DNA from: a virus
Reading direction: 5' to 3' (one strand)
Virus record (IMG/VR): IMGVR_UViG_3300046782_000608
Length of the DNA: 64,000 nucleotides
Below are positions 9,036-18,064 of this stretch, one piece after another. Each line of letters starts with the position of its first letter. Positions within the stretch are counted from its first letter, which is position 1. The position numbers were made by a program, and so were the translations under genes. The notes beneath the pieces are model-generated. The model worked only from the letters and a program-made list of their open reading frames with translations, was not told where the DNA came from and ran no database searches.

Positions 9036-10646
9036 ATGGCTGAATTCCCAATGGACACTTTCGAACTCGAAAAACAAATCCGGCTCTTAACCGGCAAAAC
9101 TGTCGGCCCGAACCCGCGCGGCACTCCCGAAATCAGTGTTCCGTTAGAACCGGAAGTCCGCGACCTACTAAAAGCTTGGCTAACCAGCCTCGGCGCTGAT
9201 AACAATAAAAGTGATGTTGGCCTAGCCCGTTGTTATTCCGCAGGCCGCCAATGGGTCCGCAAGCGCCTAGTTAGCGGTGGCAACCAACCAAAAGAAGACC
9301 GCCCAATAATCGAGCTTGGCGGCTTTGGTCAAAATTCACTCTTAGATACCAATGACTTCGGTGAAACAAAAGCCCCCGAAGTTGTTCCCAGCTCAGTTCC
9401 ACAACAAACAAAACCTTCCCAACCATCGCCATCATCCAATCTCGACGATCTAGTTCTCGCAACCCGCGTTCGCGAAGCAACAAAACAACTAACATCCCAA
9501 GTTGCCGAGGCCGTGCGGATCGAAACAGCCCGTCAGATCAATGCATTGGGACTTGGAACCAAACTAACATCCGAAATCAGCACCCTCGTAACCAATCTAA
9601 CATCCACACTGGCACATTCAGTCACAATGGATGCAATAAAAAACAACCTTCCAGTCCGCATTGAACTGCAACTCCCAAATCGGGAAATTCGCCCGCTTTC
9701 AGAAGAACCCCGACACGAGAAGTTTGGTCAAATCCTCCGCTACCTATCCCGAGGCCGCCACGTTTATGCGGTTGGCCCTGCCGGAACTGGCAAAACAAAG
9801 CTTGGCGAACAACTCGCGCAAGCGTTAGAATTGGACTTCTATCCACTCTCTCCCGCCCTAACTCGCTACGAAGCATCCGGCTACCAATCCGCCACCGGCG
9901 AATACATTGGAACCCATCTGCGACGCGCGATTGAATTCGGCGGCTTTGCACTTATCGACGAAGGCGACGCCTGGGCAGCCGCAGCAATGTTATTCCTAAA
10001 CGCTCCCCTTGCCAACGGCTACTGTACCTTCCCAGACAAAGTAATCAAAGTCCATCCCGACTTTCGTTGTATGATTGCAGCCAATACCTTTGGCCGTGGG
10101 GCGGATCGCCAATATGTTGGCAGAAATCCCCTCGACGCCGCATCCCGAAACCGGTTTAAGTTTGTAGAAATCGGTTACGACCGAAAGCTAGAAACTATCC
10201 TCTTCGGTTCCGGCCAATGGGTCCAATACTGTTGGCGGGTTCGCGAAGCTGTCGAAACCCTCCGACTCCAACACGTTATTTCAATGCGGAACATTGAACT
10301 TTGCGTGGAAGACGCAAAATACGGCGATCCAACCGAAGAAATCCTCGACGCCAACATCTGGCAAGGACTTGAACCCGACCAGATCAACAAAATAACAAAC
10401 ATCGCCGGGAAAATTGCGGTTGATAAAGTCCGTCAGAGCTACGACGGATTTATATCCAACCTAAAAGCCGGCAGCATTTCAGAAGCAACCAATATCTGGG
10501 CCAGTGAAATCGGTATTTCCTATTCCGAAGCAAAAGAATGGGTCGAGAACTGCGCCAACAAACCCCCATCATTCATTGAATGGAAAAATATGCGCGAATT
10601 AATCCTCGGCAACAAAGACAAATTTGACGACGAGGAGGCCGCATAG
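9036..10646 (+). CDS. MoxR/CobS-like AAA+ ATPase with a long N-terminal extension
   Basis: Walker A GPAGTGKT, Walker B ALIDEG, HPDFRCMIAANTFGRG, LDAASRNRF arginine finger; start moved to the ATG after GAAAGGA. Confidence 0.9.
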   Translation: MAEFPMDTFELEKQIRLLTGKTVGPNPRGTPEISVPLEPEVRDLLKAWLTSLGADNNKSDVGLARCYSAGRQWVRKRLVSGGNQPKEDRPIIELGGFGQNSLLDTNDFGETKAPEVVPSSVPQQTKPSQPSPSSNLDDLVLATRVREATKQLTSQVAEAVRIETARQINALGLGTKLTSEISTLVTNLTSTLAHSVTMDAIKNNLPVRIELQLPNREIRPLSEEPRHEKFGQILRYLSRGRHVYAVGPAGTGKTKLGEQLAQALELDFYPLSPALTRYEASGYQSATGEYIGTHLRRAIEFGGFALIDEGDAWAAAAMLFLNAPLANGYCTFPDKVIKVHPDFRCMIAANTFGRGADRQYVGRNPLDAASRNRFKFVEIGYDRKLETILFGSGQWVQYCWRVREAVETLRLQHVISMRNIELCVEDAKYGDPTEEILDANIWQGLEPDQINKITNIAGKIAVDKVRQSYDGFISNLKAGSISEATNIWASEIGISYSEAKEWVENCANKPPSFIEWKNMRELILGNKDKFDDEEAA

Positions 10647-10648
10647 CA

Positions 10649-10870
10649 ATGGCCAAGGCAATCATCTTATCAATCCATTCCGATCCAGAACGAAAGTTCC
10701 TCTACAAAGAGCGAATTCGTCAAACTCAACGTTCTTGGAAAGTCCATCGTAAAACAAAGTACCATCGCCTCGCCGGATTAAGAGCAAAAGACATACAACG
10801 GCTATTCAAATTCCTCGAAGCCAGCCGTCACCGTCAGAACAATGCACGCCCGAACAATAATTGGTGCTAG
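10649..10870 (+). CDS. small basic hypothetical protein
   Basis: ORF track; 2 nt after the ATPase stop. Confidence 0.45.
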   Translation: MAKAIILSIHSDPERKFLYKERIRQTQRSWKVHRKTKYHRLAGLRAKDIQRLFKFLEASRHRQNNARPNNNWC

Positions 10871-10906
10871 AATCAATGCCCGACGATAATATCATACCTC
10901 AGAACA

Positions 10907-11341
10907 ATGCCAACTCGGAGACCTTCAATGCCTTATACCGAAGCTAATCTTACTGTATTTCTTTGCACGCCTCATAAGCATGGAGATTTTAATTATGAAT
11001 TGATTAGGCGCATAGAGCAATATGGTTTTCAAGTTCTATGTGCAGCTACTCACAATCCGCAAAACCGTTCAAATAAAGACATTTTTGTAAGAAATGTTGA
11101 ATTGATTCAACAATCACATATATTTGTCGCGGTTTTAAAGGATTACGGTAAAGATCTTACATGGGAAGTAGGTATGGCATACGGTCAGAAAATACCAACA
11201 ATAGGACTAAATTACAATGCTCTCGAAACGGACGTAATGACTTACTATTCATTAGATAAAATTGTTAAACCGGAAGAACTTGAATTGACTCTAAAAGAGT
11301 TTAACAAAAGAATCCAATATCGGATGCATCGCGATGGATGA
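10907..11341 (+). CDS. nucleoside 2'-deoxyribosyltransferase / DNPH1-like (NDT family) protein
   Basis: VFLCTP...IFVRNVELIQQSHIFVAVL...DLTWEVGMAYGQKIPTI; AT-rich; ATG inside the motif. Confidence 0.8.
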   Translation: MPTRRPSMPYTEANLTVFLCTPHKHGDFNYELIRRIEQYGFQVLCAATHNPQNRSNKDIFVRNVELIQQSHIFVAVLKDYGKDLTWEVGMAYGQKIPTIGLNYNALETDVMTYYSLDKIVKPEELELTLKEFNKRIQYRMHRDG

Positions 11342-12845
11342 TAACGCTCCTCAGAACAATGAACAAACCCCCGCGACTGCGACTGCGACTGCGGACATTC
11401 TTGCGGAAGCAAACCTTTGGAATCCGCTCTGGGTTTACGATCTATTCCCAATCTACCAATCTTCTTGGAATCGGATGCCAATTGCCGGTGCCGATTTCGA
11501 AACTGAAAGTTCACATGAACCCCAACCAAACCCCGAACCAAATAACAACCCTGAACAAGATTCTTCTAACAGTCCTGACGACGAAGAGAATTCTGACGAT
11601 GAATCTAATAATAACACTGATGATAATGACGATGATAGCCCAGATGAACCTGGCGACGATCAATCTGATTCTGATGCTGATTCTTCTACTGATGACGACG
11701 ATAACAACACTAGCGAGTCTGGCGACGATGACGATACTGATGAAGATAGAAATGGCGATAGCGACGACGGCGACGAAGATAGCAACGACGAAATAGAACC
11801 TGAAGATCAGGATAACTCCGATGCTAATGATGAGGATGGACCTGATCTCGATCAAAACGAACCCAACGACGAACCGGATAACACTAACGATAGCGATAAT
11901 CTCGACGAAACCGATCCCGATCGAAGTAATGAATATTCTCTGGAAGAGCCAAAACACGTCGAACCCAACCCAATACCCGGCCTAACAATAATGCAAACCG
12001 ACGCCGGCCTAGAATACATTCGTGAATTTAATTCCTGGGAAGATTTCGTCGAATGCGCCGCCGACAAATCCCTCTATGGCTGGAAGCAAACCTGTGAAAG
12101 CCATAATCCAAAACAAGGAACCGCCGGTGCCGGCGCAACCTGGACTGAAGCAATAGAAATGGCCCGATACCGCGGTTGGCCCGAAGGCCGCGAACTACTC
12201 TCCGACCTACTAACCAACATCACCCAAAAGAGCGAAAACTTTGAAATCTGGGCCTTTGATGTAGCTGGAATGTTTCCGGTTGTTCCCGCATTCCTTTCCG
12301 GCGACCCCGCTTGTATGATTGTGGACCCCGGAACCGATCTACGAACCCAATTTCCAATTATCCGCATCGACTACAACCATGAAGTTTCCTGGAACATAAC
12401 TCCGCAAGACATGATGATACGCGGCGCGGCAGTCTTATCCCTTGCAAACAATCTCGAAGCCCACGGTTTCCAAACGGAACTTCGTATCATCGCCAATTCC
12501 CAAGCCTATATAGGCCGCAAACCCGCTATCTTCCGTTATTCTATAATCTACAAAAAGCCTGGTCAATTCCTCGATATTGATCGCGCTGCCTTTGCTCTGG
12601 CTCACCCTGCTTGTATGCGCAGACTTGGCTTTGCGCTTCTAGAACAACACGCCGAACTTGAAGCTGGTTTTAAAGACAGTTATGGCTCTCCACTCCATTC
12701 CTCAAATGACCCCGACTCCGGTTCTTTTGGAACAATCTTCATTCCCGGCAGCCTTGGCCGCGAAACCGAAGCCAAGTCCCGAACCGTCGTAATGGCTGCC
12801 GCAGAAGCAACAACCTCCGCTCTCGCAACCGCCGAAGCAGATTAG
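11334..12845 (+). CDS. VWA-like (CobT-like) partner of the MoxR ATPase with a long D/E/N-rich linker
   Basis: About 140-aa acidic low-complexity tract, then FDVAG.FP.VP.FLSGDP.CM...RGAAVLSL...LEAHGFQTEL...FALAHP.CMRRLGF; position next to the ATPase. Confidence 0.65.
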   Translation: MDDNAPQNNEQTPATATATADILAEANLWNPLWVYDLFPIYQSSWNRMPIAGADFETESSHEPQPNPEPNNNPEQDSSNSPDDEENSDDESNNNTDDNDDDSPDEPGDDQSDSDADSSTDDDDNNTSESGDDDDTDEDRNGDSDDGDEDSNDEIEPEDQDNSDANDEDGPDLDQNEPNDEPDNTNDSDNLDETDPDRSNEYSLEEPKHVEPNPIPGLTIMQTDAGLEYIREFNSWEDFVECAADKSLYGWKQTCESHNPKQGTAGAGATWTEAIEMARYRGWPEGRELLSDLLTNITQKSENFEIWAFDVAGMFPVVPAFLSGDPACMIVDPGTDLRTQFPIIRIDYNHEVSWNITPQDMMIRGAAVLSLANNLEAHGFQTELRIIANSQAYIGRKPAIFRYSIIYKKPGQFLDIDRAAFALAHPACMRRLGFALLEQHAELEAGFKDSYGSPLHSSNDPDSGSFGTIFIPGSLGRETEAKSRTVVMAAAEATTSALATAEAD

Positions 12846-12858
12846 GAGTTTCATAAGA

Positions 12859-13260
12859 ATGATAGAAGAAAACAATATACTTGAGTTAGGCGATTTATCT
12901 TTTTTAACCAATTCATGGTTTCCACTTAAAATTTGTGCTGCACCTGACTGCAATAGGTATGTAGTAAGTCCTCATTTCACAACCAAATATTGCACTAAAA
13001 CATGCAAACACCGGCACTCCGCTCAACGCCATTACAAGCTTCGCCGTGAAATATATCGACGTAGCTATATTAAAAATAAAGAAAAGATTAAAGAGCATAA
13101 TCGCAAATATGCAAAAGAAAATCCAATACGAACAAAAGCTTTTAAATTACTTTCTGATAACAGAGTATCTAACGACCCACTAATATTAGCAGAACAAATA
13201 AAAATTCTACAATCCCGCGCAACCAAAATGGAGCAAGCATGGAATAGAGCATTAAATTAA
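12859..13260 (+). CDS. zinc-finger (CGNR-like) basic protein
   Basis: CAAPDC...YCTKTCKHR, AT-rich. Confidence 0.55.
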   Translation: MIEENNILELGDLSFLTNSWFPLKICAAPDCNRYVVSPHFTTKYCTKTCKHRHSAQRHYKLRREIYRRSYIKNKEKIKEHNRKYAKENPIRTKAFKLLSDNRVSNDPLILAEQIKILQSRATKMEQAWNRALN

Positions 13261-13278
13261 ATCAAACTTACCATCAAA

Positions 13279-13548
13279 ATGGAGCACACAATGGCTGACA
13301 CCACAGTTGTAACCAGCAAAGACGATTGCCAAGTAACACGAGTTAATACTCGTGAGATGATAAATGATCTTGGCACTCTCTTCAAAAAAGTAGTTTCGGG
13401 AGAAGCCTACAATAAAGATCAAATCAAAAGTGCTACCTCAGCAAGCAACGCAATAATGAAAATTGCGAAGCACGAGTTCGACGTATTCAAATACTTCGAC
13501 TCGCGAATGCCTTCGCAACCAACACTCAAAACAGTAGAAGAACAGTAA
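13279..13548 (+). CDS. hypothetical protein
   Basis: ORF track. Confidence 0.55.
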   Translation: MEHTMADTTVVTSKDDCQVTRVNTREMINDLGTLFKKVVSGEAYNKDQIKSATSASNAIMKIAKHEFDVFKYFDSRMPSQPTLKTVEEQ

Positions 13549-13644
13549 TTTATCTACCTAGACAAAAACTACCTGAGCATGTAGTAAAAAGGCTCTCCAA
13601 CCTCTGCCACCAAAAGAAGCCATAGCATAAAAGGAACCACACAA

Positions 13645-14028
13645 ATGCCATCCCTAGACCCCAAAGACCTCAAGTTCGGCCACTACTACATCGCCGATAT
13701 CGCCCACGCCCCCAACAACCCAATCCACCGTTGTATTGTTTCCGACGTTCGCGGCTACAACCTCAACGGAACCATCCTTACCGTAATGCGCTCTGGCTAC
13801 GAACCCCAATGCATGGCCGTAAACACCAGAAGCCTCGCCTATTTTAAAATAATTTGCGAAATAGAAGAAATGCATCCATCCAAAGACTGCTATCGGCTTA
13901 TCAAAGACATGCCAGAAATCGCCAGTGGTGTTTCACATAACTACAAACCTGGTGAGCCTATACAACCTTGGCCACCAATACCAAAATCACCAAGACATTC
14001 CGCTGAGTCCAAGAAAACCAAGAAATGA
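13645..14028 (+). CDS. hypothetical protein
   Basis: ORF track, AAGGA RBS. Confidence 0.6.
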   Translation: MPSLDPKDLKFGHYYIADIAHAPNNPIHRCIVSDVRGYNLNGTILTVMRSGYEPQCMAVNTRSLAYFKIICEIEEMHPSKDCYRLIKDMPEIASGVSHNYKPGEPIQPWPPIPKSPRHSAESKKTKK

Positions 14029-14064
14029 GCCCCCTTATAGGGCATTCATAGGGAACTTAGAACA

Positions 14065-14613
14065 ATGAATGAACCAAAATCCCGTTCCTGCGGCTCATGT
14101 TTTGCATGTTGCATATTCTTAGGCATAGCCGAATTAAAAAAGTATCCAACCCAAAACTGCAAACACCTAGACGGTTCTCTTGGACCCAATACCCGATGCA
14201 GCATCTATTCTTCCCGTCCCGAACCCTGCTCACGATACCGTTGCGGTTATATTGACGGTATTGGTTCCGACGAATCTTTCCGCCCCGACAACTCGGGCGT
14301 CCTAATAACCACATACCCCGATCCAGATAAACCATTTCCACTATTCCACACAACCATAGTTATCTGTGACGCTAAAAAGGCCGGAACAATCAACGATGGC
14401 AAACTTAGCCAAATCATAAAATTAATCCTTGAAACCGAACTTTGCACGGCGCTAAATGTGGTAAATTACTCTACCCTCGAAGTAAACCATTTCAGAGACG
14501 GTAAAATCTACCTTGGCCGCCTAATAAAAACTCCCGAATACGAAGGTTTCAAATTCGTTGCAGAAAATAAACCATTCGGTTCATATATGGTTCTCTCTAT
14601 GGAGCAAAAATAA
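14065..14613 (+). CDS. YkgJ / CxxCxxCC family metal-cluster protein
   Basis: SCGSCFACC...CKHL...CSIYSSRPEPCSRYRC. Confidence 0.8.
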   Translation: MNEPKSRSCGSCFACCIFLGIAELKKYPTQNCKHLDGSLGPNTRCSIYSSRPEPCSRYRCGYIDGIGSDESFRPDNSGVLITTYPDPDKPFPLFHTTIVICDAKKAGTINDGKLSQIIKLILETELCTALNVVNYSTLEVNHFRDGKIYLGRLIKTPEYEGFKFVAENKPFGSYMVLSMEQK

Positions 14614-14789
14614 TGGCAACCCGCGACGAAATAACCCGCGCCCTAGATGCTGTTCAAAAAGAACTCTATGACATTGTGCGCAAACATGCCATCGATATAC
14701 CCGATTGCGCGGTTGAAGAAATTGCAATCTATTTCGTTACAAAAGAAATCCCAACTCTATACGATTGGCATCCTCGTCGCCGCAGCTAA
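14613..14789 (+). CDS. 58-aa hypothetical protein (MATRDEITRALD...)
   Basis: Hand-translated; TAATG coupling. Confidence 0.5.
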   Translation: MATRDEITRALDAVQKELYDIVRKHAIDIPDCAVEEIAIYFVTKEIPTLYDWHPRRRS

Positions 14790-14805
14790 ATAGGGACTCA
14801 GAACA

Positions 14806-14913
14806 ATGAACCAACACTTCCACATGATACCCCGCCCCAATGATTTTATAAAAGCATATCTATTGATATTATTAATAGTATTAATCCTATCGATATTCGG
14901 ATTTTTTAAATAA
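14806..14913 (+). CDS. 35-aa single-pass membrane peptide
   Basis: MNQHFHMIPRPNDFIKAYLLILLIVLILSIFGFFK; ATG inside the motif, GGGA RBS. Confidence 0.5.
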   Translation: MNQHFHMIPRPNDFIKAYLLILLIVLILSIFGFFK

Positions 14914-14936
14914 CCCAAACCGAGAGGCATAAACTC

Positions 14937-15311
14937 ATGAATACCAAACCCGACCTAACATTCCCAATCGTCGGTGCGTTCTTTCGTCCGCCAGGAGTCT
15001 CAATCCTAAAGCACATTCCCCTAAACACTCCACTCATCCTACATGCCGATCCAAACAATCCAAAAGATCCCAATGCAATCGGCGTCTGGATCGCCAAGTC
15101 CGACATTCCATTCGACCGCATTCGCGCCCGCCCAGAAGTACAAGAAGCAATGGAATACAACCGCAACGATGAATTCCACCTTGGCTTCATCCCCGCAGCC
15201 GATGCTGAAAAGATCAACTACGACCGATCCCTAGCTATCCTCGCCCAATTCAAAATCGACCCCAACGGAAAACCAATGGTAAGAATGCTTTCTTTCAAAA
15301 AACCTGAATAG
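14937..15311 (+). CDS. HIRAN domain protein
   Basis: IVGAFFR...LILHADPNNPKDPNAIGV...LGFIP. Confidence 0.8.
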   Translation: MNTKPDLTFPIVGAFFRPPGVSILKHIPLNTPLILHADPNNPKDPNAIGVWIAKSDIPFDRIRARPEVQEAMEYNRNDEFHLGFIPAADAEKINYDRSLAILAQFKIDPNGKPMVRMLSFKKPE

Positions 15312-15323
15312 GAGGCCGCCCCC

Positions 15324-15764
15324 ATGCCAAAGTTCGCCATCATAAACACCGACGCCAAAACAATCGAACTCCACGATGTTCCCGTCTACACGGATGCTAT
15401 GAAACTTGTCAACCTAAAAAGGGGCGAAGTCGATTTCTGTTCCATCGGAGCATATCACGACCAAACATTCCACATCATTGTTTTCGAATTTGGCCTAATG
15501 CGCCCAAAGCAAACAACCTACTTTCGCCTCGGCACCCAATTATTCAACGGCAACGCAGTTATATTCGCTGCCGACCTCGAAGGTATTACAATCGATTTTC
15601 CTTCCAACATAGCCGAACATTGGAAAGTTTGCCCTGCATTCGAATGGTTCGCCTCTGCATCCGAAGTCGAAGCGGCAATAACCGCAAGCCGTGTCCTCCG
15701 CCCACAATCCGCCGTTAACGGCCAAGTCTTTTGGTCCTGGAACAAGAAGGAAACCCTCCAATGA
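15324..15764 (+). CDS. hypothetical protein
   Basis: ORF track, GGAGG RBS. Confidence 0.65.
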   Translation: MPKFAIINTDAKTIELHDVPVYTDAMKLVNLKRGEVDFCSIGAYHDQTFHIIVFEFGLMRPKQTTYFRLGTQLFNGNAVIFAADLEGITIDFPSNIAEHWKVCPAFEWFASASEVEAAITASRVLRPQSAVNGQVFWSWNKKETLQ

Positions 15765-16000
15765 ACCGAACCATCCTCGCAGCCACACTTCTATTCTCAA
15801 TCTCCACACCCGCACCCGCTGCCAACATCGATCGCGAACTATTCTGGAACTGCCTACTCCTCGGCTACACCCCCGATTATTGCATCGATGCAATAAACAC
15901 CTATCACCACGAAACAACTCAATCCGGAGTAACAATCCTTCGCGGGCAAGCTCCCAGCGGTTTTCAGCCAGAAGTCAAAGAAATTCCAACCGAGCGTTAA
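15761..16000 (+). CDS. putative exported small protein
   Basis: MNRTILAATLLFSISTPAPAA signal-peptide-like start; ATGA overlap. Confidence 0.5.
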   Translation: MNRTILAATLLFSISTPAPAANIDRELFWNCLLLGYTPDYCIDAINTYHHETTQSGVTILRGQAPSGFQPEVKEIPTER

Positions 16001-16110
16001 CAAAGGCCCATCGCGATAGCGACCACCACAACCGATCCCGACCCCCAATCCCAATTCGCCCCCGAAGTCTTATCGTTGGTCAATGCAATGCTAGAAATAG
16101 GATAAATCAA

Positions 16111-16287
16111 ATGGAATTTATACTAGAATTTCTCGGCCTGTTTGCATGGAGCGTTCTATGCTTCATTAGTGGAGCGGTGTTTGCAGCTAACAAATCAGTA
16201 GAAAAGTTTATAAAGCTTTTCGATAGAGAGAAATTAAAAGCCGCTTATATTGGTGATGAAGAAGATATTAAAAATCATCTAAAGTAG
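16111..16287 (+). CDS. small membrane protein
   Basis: MEFILEFLGLFAWSVLCFISGAVFAA hydrophobic N-terminus; AGGA RBS. Confidence 0.5.
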   Translation: MEFILEFLGLFAWSVLCFISGAVFAANKSVEKFIKLFDREKLKAAYIGDEEDIKNHLK

Positions 16288-16299
16288 GATTGATCTTCC

Positions 16300-16518
16300 T
16301 TGAGCGACAAACTCTACCATTTAATTTCCCTTGCGGTCATAGTGATTGGCCAGCTTGTATTTTCCCTTTTGTGGGCCACGACTACATCTGCACAATTAGA
16401 AATGCAAATAAAAATATCCGTTGCCTTCGCCGCCCGCATGGAACGTCTAGAAGAAATTTCCCAAAACCTCGCGCGCCCTGACGAAAGAATAAAGAACCTC
16501 GAAAAATCCCGCCAGTAA
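16300..16518 (+). CDS. small membrane/coiled-coil protein
   Basis: ORF track, TTG start uncertain. Confidence 0.35.
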   Translation: MSDKLYHLISLAVIVIGQLVFSLLWATTTSAQLEMQIKISVAFAARMERLEEISQNLARPDERIKNLEKSRQ

Positions 16519-16535
16519 AAAAGGAATCCATCCCA

Positions 16536-17012
16536 ATGCCCAAACCGCTCCTTAGCAAAACCGAAATAACCAAACTCGTAAAACTTGGCCGCGTCCACGA
16601 ATGTTTCACCCACTCCATTATTGGCACATTCGACGTTACTCTCATGAACGAAGTAGCCCCATATCTATACCAACGCTTCCAAGCCGACATCACCCCCGAT
16701 CTAATCTCCCAAGTAAAAGCCACCCGCGATTGGGACGCAGAGCGAGTCGCCAATATAACAATCGAAGAAGTTCTTCAACCAACTCTATGGATATTGGATA
16801 CTTCCGACAACACCCACATTCTAATCGACGGAACCCATCGAATCATCGCCAGCCTCGAACGATTTAAGTTCGCTAAATTCCACGGCTACATGGCAACTCT
16901 TGCTGACGCCATTCGCCCCGCCAACAACCTAATCGCGTCCCATGATTGGGGCCGCATAGAAGTCAAGAATGGCAAACTCTACAACCGCGAAACCGGAAAG
17001 GAAATCAAATGA
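16536..17012 (+). CDS. ParB/sulfiredoxin-fold-like protein
   Basis: HILIDGTHRI signature. Confidence 0.5.
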   Translation: MPKPLLSKTEITKLVKLGRVHECFTHSIIGTFDVTLMNEVAPYLYQRFQADITPDLISQVKATRDWDAERVANITIEEVLQPTLWILDTSDNTHILIDGTHRIIASLERFKFAKFHGYMATLADAIRPANNLIASHDWGRIEVKNGKLYNRETGKEIK

Positions 17013-17212
17013 CCGCCCAACAACCAAGTTTAAAACCCAAACTGCTCGCGGTAGCAATGAATAAAACCACAAACCTATCTACCATCCACCAGCCCCGATT
17101 TAATTGGAAATCTTTCCGCTTCGAATTTCTATTCTGGACCCTCATTATAATCTCGCTTCCATCCTTCGGCTTCCTCCTTCTACGCATCATAACCAGGATC
17201 AACCTCCCATGA
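17009..17212 (+). CDS. small membrane protein
   Basis: FLFWTLIIISLPSFGFLLL segment; ATGA overlap. Confidence 0.5.
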   Translation: MTAQQPSLKPKLLAVAMNKTTNLSTIHQPRFNWKSFRFEFLFWTLIIISLPSFGFLLLRIITRINLP

Positions 17213-17430
17213 CCGACAAAGAACCTCAAGTAATCGTAAAGAAATCAGAATCAAAAACCGTAAGTTACATCTTTCCATTCCCTAAAATCGAAGCACTTAT
17301 AATTGCTCACGCAAAGGAGATTTTCCCTGAGTTTCAAGGATTTTCAGATCGTCAAATTAAAACCACTATTAAAGGTGAAGGCGAGGATACAGAAATTATC
17401 TTGTCCGCATTCAGGGAGAAAAGCTCATGA
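17209..17430 (+). CDS. hypothetical protein
   Basis: ORF track, start trimmed to the ATGA overlap. Confidence 0.55.
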   Translation: MTDKEPQVIVKKSESKTVSYIFPFPKIEALIIAHAKEIFPEFQGFSDRQIKTTIKGEGEDTEIILSAFREKSS

Positions 17431-17786
17431 TCGACGACACAATCCGAACCCTATTCGTCGCCGGCGATCTAGACGGAATTCTATACCAAATAGAAATCCT
17501 AATGGAAGACCGCGCCCGCGTCCGCGCTGAAAATGACGCCCACAAGCATACCATCCATCGCCTATCAGTCGCTTTCGCCAACATCACCGAACCAAAAACT
17601 GGCCTTCCAATCAAAAGCCCCAGCCCAAGCCCCAATCCAAGCCCAAAACCAACTACCCCCGTCAGAACAACGGGCGCAAAGCCCGGCGCAAAGCCCCAAC
17701 CAAAGCCCCCCGTCAGAACAATGAATCCACCCAAACCCAAACCAAGCAAAGAAGCTCTCGACCTAGACCTCGATCTCGACCTATAG
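17427..17786 (+). CDS. Pro/Lys-rich protein, C-terminus KEALDLDLDLDL
   Basis: ORF track; contains two motif copies (17661, 17711). Confidence 0.7.
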   Translation: MIDDTIRTLFVAGDLDGILYQIEILMEDRARVRAENDAHKHTIHRLSVAFANITEPKTGLPIKSPSPSPNPSPKPTTPVRTTGAKPGAKPQPKPPVRTMNPPKPKPSKEALDLDLDLDL

Positions 17787-17796
17787 GAAAACCCAC

Positions 17797-18045
17797 ATGC
17801 CCGCCACCGAACTAACCAAATCCCAAAAGTCCGCCCTTCTTTGGTTCCGCAACCGTGGCGGCGACGGAATGTTCAATTACAACGGAACCCTCGTCGCTGC
17901 TGGCCAATTGGCCCCTGTAATGCGATCAACATGGAACATCCTTAGAGATCAAGGTCTATTAGAATCATACAGCCGTCTTCGCCTCCGCGTAACAGAAGCC
18001 GGCCAAACAATCAACCTATCCGACGTTGAAGAATCCCACTACTAG
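17797..18045 (+). CDS. winged-helix-like hypothetical protein
   Basis: LTKSQ.SAL.W...STW..L...GLL...RLRVTEAG pattern. Confidence 0.55.
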   Translation: MPATELTKSQKSALLWFRNRGGDGMFNYNGTLVAAGQLAPVMRSTWNILRDQGLLESYSRLRLRVTEAGQTINLSDVEESHY

Positions 18046-18064
18046 CACAAGGTATGTCAGAACA

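Noticed and set aside
11338-11957. Overlapping ORFs 11338..11796 (+) and 11511..11957 (-)
   Set aside because: Shadow frames of the GAT/GAC/AAC-rich acidic tract; no RBS and no protein-like features
9036-12845. Cobaltochelatase CobST auxiliary metabolic genes supporting the B12-dependent RNR
   Set aside because: No CobN or other cob genes; similarity is at the generic MoxR/VWA level
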